Virus record (IMG/VR): IMGVR_UViG_3300024346_000017
Location: 32,001-96,000 of that record
Length of the DNA: 64,000 bases
From: a virus
Direction: 5' to 3' (one strand)
In this document: positions 58,531 through 64,000 of the stretch, one piece after another
Layout of the letters: each line of letters starts with the position of its first letter
Position numbering within the stretch: the stretch's first letter is position 1
Position numbers and translations under genes: made by a program
Notes under the pieces: generated by a model
What the model was told of the DNA's origin: nothing
What the model saw: the letters and a program-made list of their open reading frames with translations, nothing else
Database searches by the model: none

Positions 58531-59774
58531 ATACAGAAGCAACATTAATCTCGGCTATATGTAAGAATAAAGACATTAGCACTGTTATGGCAGAGAATGT
58601 AGATGAGCTGTTTACTTCCCATGGAGATGTTTGGAATGGCCTTAAGTCATACTATAATCAATTCAAGGCTATCCCAGAAGTTGGAATCCTACAAGAAAAG
58701 TTTAAAGACTTTGAGCCAGATTTAAATGCAACAGCAGAGACTGCTTATTATTTAGATAATCTAAAGAATGAGTTTTTGTCTAGCAGACTAAAGAGCATTT
58801 TAATTCGTGGCGGATCAATGCTAAAAGAAGATGCTGCCTCCAGAGTAATTGGAGAACTTCAGTCACAGCTTTCTAGTTTAAATAAATATACTAATAATGT
58901 ACGTGACTTAGATGTTACAGACTCAGACAACGCCATTAAGCATTTAGAGGCTCTGAAGGTCCGTACAGCCGAGATGGGTGGCTCCCCAGGCATTAAGACT
59001 GGCTTCCAGTCAATTGACCTTGCATACCCCACTGGAATGGCTCCAGGGCACCTTATAGTCGCTATTGGCTGGCCAGGTAGGGGTAAGACATGGTTTACCT
59101 CATATCTAGCCTGCAAGGCTTGGGAGCAGGGATTTAAGCCTATGATCGTTTCTCTTGAAATGACTCCAGAGAATATGCGTGACCGTATTTACACCATGCT
59201 TGGCTCTGGGCTATTTAAGGCTAGTGATTTTGCAAAGGGCGATATTAATATTGATGACTTTAGAAGTTGGTCTAGCAAAAAGTTTGCTGACAAGAATAAG
59301 TTTATCTTGGTATCTAATGAAGGTTCTGGAAATGTAACTCCAAATGCAATCCAAGCTAAGATAGATCAGCACAAACCAGACATTGTTATTTTGGATTATC
59401 ACCAGTTATTTACAGATAACAATAACTCTAAGGCACCAACAGAACGAAACATGAATATTTCTCGTGAGTTTAAAAACTTGGCGGTCAGAAATAATATTCC
59501 TATTATCGACATTACTGCTGCAACTGCAGATGATATTACAGACCAAGACAATCCTCCAATGATGAGTCAGGTTGCATGGTCAAAGGCTATTGAATATGAT
59601 GCTGATATGGCTATGGCAATCCATAAGTACAAGGGAACAGACATGATTGAAATTGTTTCTCGAAAGAATAGACACGGACATGACTTTGGAGTATTCTTAG
59701 ACTGGGATATCAACAGGGGTATCGTCAAAGAGATTTACGAAAACCCGTTTGCTGATGACACACAAAAGAATTAA
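58527..59774 (+). CDS. dnaB: replicative DnaB-like helicase
   Basis: GWPGRGKT Walker A, SLEM, ILDYHQL, IEYDAD, KNRHG. Confidence 0.92.
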   Translation: MNTEATLISAICKNKDISTVMAENVDELFTSHGDVWNGLKSYYNQFKAIPEVGILQEKFKDFEPDLNATAETAYYLDNLKNEFLSSRLKSILIRGGSMLKEDAASRVIGELQSQLSSLNKYTNNVRDLDVTDSDNAIKHLEALKVRTAEMGGSPGIKTGFQSIDLAYPTGMAPGHLIVAIGWPGRGKTWFTSYLACKAWEQGFKPMIVSLEMTPENMRDRIYTMLGSGLFKASDFAKGDINIDDFRSWSSKKFADKNKFILVSNEGSGNVTPNAIQAKIDQHKPDIVILDYHQLFTDNNNSKAPTERNMNISREFKNLAVRNNIPIIDITAATADDITDQDNPPMMSQVAWSKAIEYDADMAMAIHKYKGTDMIEIVSRKNRHGHDFGVFLDWDINRGIVKEIYENPFADDTQKN

Positions 59775-60057
59775 AAGATTTCAAATTGATGTACAGTTTC
59801 ATGATAACGCACAGCTCATAAGCTTAAGGCCTCAGTATGAAAACTTGCTGGTGCAAGACATGCGTGGCAAAGGTTATGTCAGAGTGCTAGATATTGATCC
59901 AGCTTTCTCGATAGAGTTTACTGGAGAGACATGGAGATTCTTAATGACTCTTCATGGGATATATGTGGGAAAGAAGAAGGCATGGCAATTCGAGGGTACA
60001 ACTCAAAACAGATTGATACCAAGGAATACGCCCCAAGCCACATTAAGTCAGTCCTAA
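59749..60057 (+). CDS. hypothetical protein
   Basis: ORF between helicase and primase. Confidence 0.65.
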   Translation: MLMTHKRIKRFQIDVQFHDNAQLISLRPQYENLLVQDMRGKGYVRVLDIDPAFSIEFTGETWRFLMTLHGIYVGKKKAWQFEGTTQNRLIPRNTPQATLSQS

Positions 60058-60977
60058 AAGAAATTGGATTGAATATTGTTGGTGAGACAGGCAATGACTT
60101 CCTATGCTACTGCCCATTTCACTCTAACAGACATACATCTAGCTTTAGCGTAAGCCAAACATCTGGAGCATTTATTTGCTTTAATCCTGCATGTGGAGAA
60201 ACTGGCACACTAATAGATTTAATTAAACGCACTATGCATAAGAATGATTTTCAATCATTAAGATTAATTGCAGCCAAAGAAACAGAAGTCCTAAATAACT
60301 TTGATGAGATAATGGAAGAGATGCTTGAAGACAAGCCTACCTTCGAAGAGTTTTCTCAAGACACCATAGATAGACTACACGCAGATCTTGCTGGCAATGG
60401 TAGCGCCAGATCTTATCTTGAGTCTAGAGGAATTAATATAGAGTCTATGAAACACTTTAATCTTGGGTATTCTCCAGCAATGAACATGGTAGTTACTCCA
60501 GTGCATAGTCCAGACGGAATACCAATTGGTATAGTTGGCAGATCAATTGAAGGAAAAACTTTTAAGAATAGCACCAGTTTGCCAAAAAGCAAAACGTTAT
60601 TTAATATACATAGGGCTAAAAAGATTGGCGACCAAGTAATAGTTTGTGAGTCTAATTTTGATGCAATAAGAATTCATCAGGCTGGCTTCCCAAATGTTGT
60701 TGCTACACTTGGCGGCTTTCTGTCTAATGAGCAGCAGTCTTTATTAAATAGACATTTTAATAAGATAATTATTATGACAGATGCAGATGAAGCTGGCAGA
60801 GAACTAGGAAGATCTATTTCTAGCAAGCTACGCAACAAAGATATTTCTTGGGCTTCTTCTGGATATCGTGAGATATATCCAAATAAAGCTAAAGATGCTG
60901 GTGATTTAACTGAAGAAGAAATAAAGACATGCATAAAAAAGTCCGTATCAGATATTGAATATCGCTCATGGATATGA
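59982..60977 (+). CDS. dnaG: DNA primase (CHC2 zinc finger plus TOPRIM)
   Basis: CPFH...CFNPAC; VCESNFD; DADEAG; KDAGD; start approximate. Confidence 0.9.
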   Translation: MAIRGYNSKQIDTKEYAPSHIKSVLKEIGLNIVGETGNDFLCYCPFHSNRHTSSFSVSQTSGAFICFNPACGETGTLIDLIKRTMHKNDFQSLRLIAAKETEVLNNFDEIMEEMLEDKPTFEEFSQDTIDRLHADLAGNGSARSYLESRGINIESMKHFNLGYSPAMNMVVTPVHSPDGIPIGIVGRSIEGKTFKNSTSLPKSKTLFNIHRAKKIGDQVIVCESNFDAIRIHQAGFPNVVATLGGFLSNEQQSLLNRHFNKIIIMTDADEAGRELGRSISSKLRNKDISWASSGYREIYPNKAKDAGDLTEEEIKTCIKKSVSDIEYRSWI

Positions 60978-61031
60978 TATACTAAAACAACAGATGGATT
61001 TACACCATCAACTATATAAAAAGGAGATACA

Positions 61032-61709
61032 ATGGGTATCGTTAAAGGCCTAAAGGGCTTAAATCAAGTAATGGACAAGCCTTCATACAGCGAAGGTGAC
61101 GGAACAAAAGCACGTTGGGCAAAGCTAGAAGATGCGGAGAGCGTTAAAGTTCGCTTCCTGCAGGAACTAGATCCAGACTCACCGATGTACAACGAAAAAA
61201 ATGGTTTGGGTTTTATTGCCGTAGAGCATACTAACCCTAAAGACTATAAGCGCAAGGCACTATGTTCAATGGAAGATCAAGGCAAGTGCTATGGTTGCGA
61301 ACAACACCGTAAGGATTACAAGGCGGGATGGAAGGGTCGTTCACGACTTTACATGAACGTACTTATTGATGATGGTAAAGAAGAGCCATACGTAGCAATT
61401 CTTTCTCAAGGTTCAAGCGGAAAGACTATCACTCCAACACTAATTGAGTATGCAGGTGAAATGGGAAGCATTAGCAATCTAATGTGGCGCATTAAGCGTA
61501 CTGGCACAAAGACAGACACAAGCTATACAATCATTCCTTTGGCTAAGGATGAAGCACCATTTGATTCATCAGCACTTGAGCTGTATGACTTAGAAACAAC
61601 AGCAATCCGTGACTTGCCTTACACAGAGCAAGAAGCATTCTTTAATGGAGAAGGCGGATCTCAAGAGAGTGCCGCATCTTCAGACTCAGACAGCAGCCTA
61701 GTCTGGTAA
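61032..61709 (+). CDS. single-stranded DNA-binding protein (gp32-like)
   Basis: VRFL...H...C...CYGC, acidic C-terminal tail ending in W; replication context. Confidence 0.7.
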   Translation: MGIVKGLKGLNQVMDKPSYSEGDGTKARWAKLEDAESVKVRFLQELDPDSPMYNEKNGLGFIAVEHTNPKDYKRKALCSMEDQGKCYGCEQHRKDYKAGWKGRSRLYMNVLIDDGKEEPYVAILSQGSSGKTITPTLIEYAGEMGSISNLMWRIKRTGTKTDTSYTIIPLAKDEAPFDSSALELYDLETTAIRDLPYTEQEAFFNGEGGSQESAASSDSDSSLVW

Positions 61710-61719
61710 CTAATTATAT

Positions 61720-61747
61720 ACAGGGGCAGTCTATTGACTGCCCCTGT
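61720..61747 (+). terminator. intrinsic terminator overlapping a downstream promoter
   Basis: ACAGGGGCAGTC-TATT-GACTGCCCCTGT; contains TTGACT of TTGACT-N17-TAGAAT. Confidence 0.7.
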
Positions 61748-61768
61748 GTTATTTAGTAGAATAACATA

Positions 61769-61975
61769 ATGATCTCATACGAAATACCAGATCCGTTTGA
61801 TACTTTTGTATCTAATAAGTATCGAGACTATAAAGGCATGCTATACGATTTTTTTGCCAGGGAGTGGCACATAAAATGTGGATGCTGCAAAGAAGATTTA
61901 TATGCACCAAACAAAAAAACAATGATAAAGATTAGACTTTATCATACTCGAAATGAATGCATGGGCGGATACTAA
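61769..61975 (+). CDS. small Cys/His metal-binding protein
   Basis: CGCC...H....C; TAATG coupled to dnaE. Confidence 0.65.
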   Translation: MISYEIPDPFDTFVSNKYRDYKGMLYDFFAREWHIKCGCCKEDLYAPNKKTMIKIRLYHTRNECMGGY

Positions 61976-64000
61976 TGAGCTTCACACACTTACACGTTCA
62001 TTCCTATTATTCATTAATGGATGGGTTAAATTCACCTAAAGAATTATGTCAGGCAGCCTTGGATGCTGGCCAAACAGCAATTGCAATTACAGATCATGGA
62101 ACCCTTTCTTCCCATAGAGATATGCAAATTGCAGCAAAAGAAGTTGGTATAAAGCCAATCCTTGGTGTAGAGGCTTACATTTCTCCAACAGATAGATTTG
62201 ATAGATCTTCTAAAACAGATAAATCTATTCAAGCATACAATCATATTATTTTATTAGCTAAGAATAAAAAAGGGCTGGAGAACATTAATGCTCTTCAGGA
62301 GCTTGCATGGAATGAAGGATTTTATCACAAACCAAGAATTGACAGAGAGGTTTTAAATGATTATAGCGAAGGTATTATCGTTCTCAGCGGATGTCTTAAT
62401 GGACTCATTAGTAAGGCTATCGATAAAGGTAACATGGAGGAAGCAGAACTTCTTCTCAAAGGCTTTAAACAAACTTTCGGACAAGATTTTTACGTGGAAG
62501 TGCAATCACATAACCCTGTGGAGATCAACTCTGCCCTTTTAGAATTAGCAGACAAGCTTGGAATTAAGTCGGTAGCAACAGGCGATGCCCACTTTGCTAA
62601 AGAAGAAGATAGAATTTTAGAAGAAGCATTACTTATTCTTTCAACATCACCTAAGATTGACAAGGACTCAGACTTTGAGATGTCTCGTAATATAAAAGAC
62701 ATGATGGAAAGATTTAACTATCTGTACCCAGATCGTAGAATTTCTTTTCAAGATTATAACCTTTTCATTCAGTCCAGAGAAGAGATTGAAGCAGACTTTA
62801 ATAAAGCTGGAATCACTCGCACAGACATATATGAAAACACAATGGAGATTGCAGATAAGATTAAGGAATATGATTTTCATCAAGGACTAGATCTTCTACC
62901 AGTTCCAAAAACAGATGCGGATGACAAGCTTCGTGAAATGGCATATGCTGGACTAGAAAAACTTGGATTTGCAGATAACAAAGTTTACACAGATAGAGTT
63001 GAAGAAGAGCTTTCTGTAATTGCATCCAAGAGCTTTGCATCTTACTTTTTAGTTATTGCAGACATGATTGATTGGGCAAAGACTAATGACATTCGCGTTG
63101 GTCCAGGCCGCGGATCAGCAGCAGGCTCCCTAGTATGTTACTCCTTGGGTATAACAGATGTTGATCCAATTAAATATGACTTGTTGTTCTTTAGATTCAT
63201 TAACCCAGAACGTAATGACTTCCCAGATATCGATACTGACTTTGAAGACCGCCGTCGTAAGGAAGTAAAAGAATACTTAAAGAAAAAGTTTAAGCACGTA
63301 GCATCTATTTCAACGTACACTTACTTTAAAGATAAGGGTGTAATCCGTGATGCTGCAAGAATTTTTATGGTTCCATTACAAGAAGTTAATCGTGCAATGA
63401 AATCAATTGACACGTTTGAAGACTTTATTTCTTCTCCCAATACAAAAGAGTTTAGGGCCAAGTACCCAGAAGTAGTTTGGCTTGCAGACAGATTGCGTGG
63501 AAGAATTAGATCGGTTGGAGTACATGCCGCTGGAGTTGTTGTAGCCAAGGATGATTTAAGAAAGTTTGCCCCAGTTGAATCAAGAGAAGATGCACAAGAT
63601 AAGGTATCAGGAAGAATTCCAGTCGTCGCATACGACATGGATACGGTTGCGGATATAGGTCTTATTAAACTAGATGCACTAGGACTTAAGACCTTATCTG
63701 TAATTTCTGATACGCTTAAATCAATTAAGTCTAGAACAGGCAAAGACATTGTTTTGTCAGACATGCCCTTGGATGATCCACAAGTTTATAAAATGCTTAG
63801 CGAAGGATATACTAAAGGTGTGTTCCAGGCAGAAGCAACCCCATACACAAACCTTCTCATTAAGATGGGAACAGATAAGTTTGAAGACTTAGTTGCATCC
63901 AATGCTCTTGTTCGACCAGGAGCTATGAATACAGTTGGTGCTGCGTACATTAAGCGTAAGAATGGTAATGAGGCTGTAGATTACACCCATGCAATCATGA
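61975..64000 (+). CDS. dnaE: DNA polymerase III alpha subunit, partial (runs off window; absent from ORF track)
   Basis: MSFTHLHVHSYYSLMDG, AITDHG, GPGRGSAAGS, FPDIDTDF, HAAGVV, KLDALGL, GVFQ. Confidence 0.95.
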   Translation, partial: MSFTHLHVHSYYSLMDGLNSPKELCQAALDAGQTAIAITDHGTLSSHRDMQIAAKEVGIKPILGVEAYISPTDRFDRSSKTDKSIQAYNHIILLAKNKKGLENINALQELAWNEGFYHKPRIDREVLNDYSEGIIVLSGCLNGLISKAIDKGNMEEAELLLKGFKQTFGQDFYVEVQSHNPVEINSALLELADKLGIKSVATGDAHFAKEEDRILEEALLILSTSPKIDKDSDFEMSRNIKDMMERFNYLYPDRRISFQDYNLFIQSREEIEADFNKAGITRTDIYENTMEIADKIKEYDFHQGLDLLPVPKTDADDKLREMAYAGLEKLGFADNKVYTDRVEEELSVIASKSFASYFLVIADMIDWAKTNDIRVGPGRGSAAGSLVCYSLGITDVDPIKYDLLFFRFINPERNDFPDIDTDFEDRRRKEVKEYLKKKFKHVASISTYTYFKDKGVIRDAARIFMVPLQEVNRAMKSIDTFEDFISSPNTKEFRAKYPEVVWLADRLRGRIRSVGVHAAGVVVAKDDLRKFAPVESREDAQDKVSGRIPVVAYDMDTVADIGLIKLDALGLKTLSVISDTLKSIKSRTGKDIVLSDMPLDDPQVYKMLSEGYTKGVFQAEATPYTNLLIKMGTDKFEDLVASNALVRPGAMNTVGAAYIKRKNGNEAVDYTHAIM

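Noticed and set aside
62044-63764. Several short ORFs listed in the track
   Set aside because: They lie inside the dnaE reading frame starting at 61975, which the track missed because it has no stop within the window
7011-64000. Inteins or introns in RNR, portal, DnaB or DnaE; alternative genetic code
   Set aside because: Protein lengths and motif spacing look normal, no intein splice motifs were seen, and the standard code yields full-length genes
1-64000. Integrase, terminase or defence island
   Set aside because: No recognisable motifs in this window; the terminase is presumably elsewhere in the genome

Overview
The window is part of a large, AT-rich tailed phage genome with siphovirus-type morphogenesis genes. 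The host is most likely an Actinobacterium. This is inferred from many apparently leaderless genes, PASTA-like domains, a secreted transglycosylase and a class II RNR plus DnaE. Layout: (1-1000) small minus-strand early-type genes with CRP-box promoters; (1.1-6.7 kb) accessory island with two sulfotransferase-like genes, a cupin, an SGNH-like gene, a 2OG-Fe(II) oxygenase, a rare tRNA-Ile(UAU), a parS site, a candidate structured sRNA and a lytic transglycosylase; (7-9.3 kb) class II RNR and a holin-like gene; (9.3-29.4 kb) fibre/decoration proteins interrupted by a cluster of five prolyl-hydroxylase-like 2OG-Fe(II) oxygenases and a DUF6065-like gene; (29.5-56.4 kb) portal, protease, capsid, neck, tail, frameshifted chaperones, a 3020-aa modular tape measure protein and tail tip/fibres; (56.5-64 kb) phosphoesterase, DnaB, DnaG, SSB and DnaE (runs off the end). 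Best candidate novel system: two otherwise different surface proteins end in (FFAPPx)n repeats plus an identical 15-aa C-terminal tag whose DNA differs only at synonymous sites. One of them lies directly upstream of the hydroxylase cluster, which is followed by a collagen-like fibre. This suggests a phage-encoded, tag-directed proline modification system for virion proteins. All family calls are from motif recognition by eye; no searches were run.
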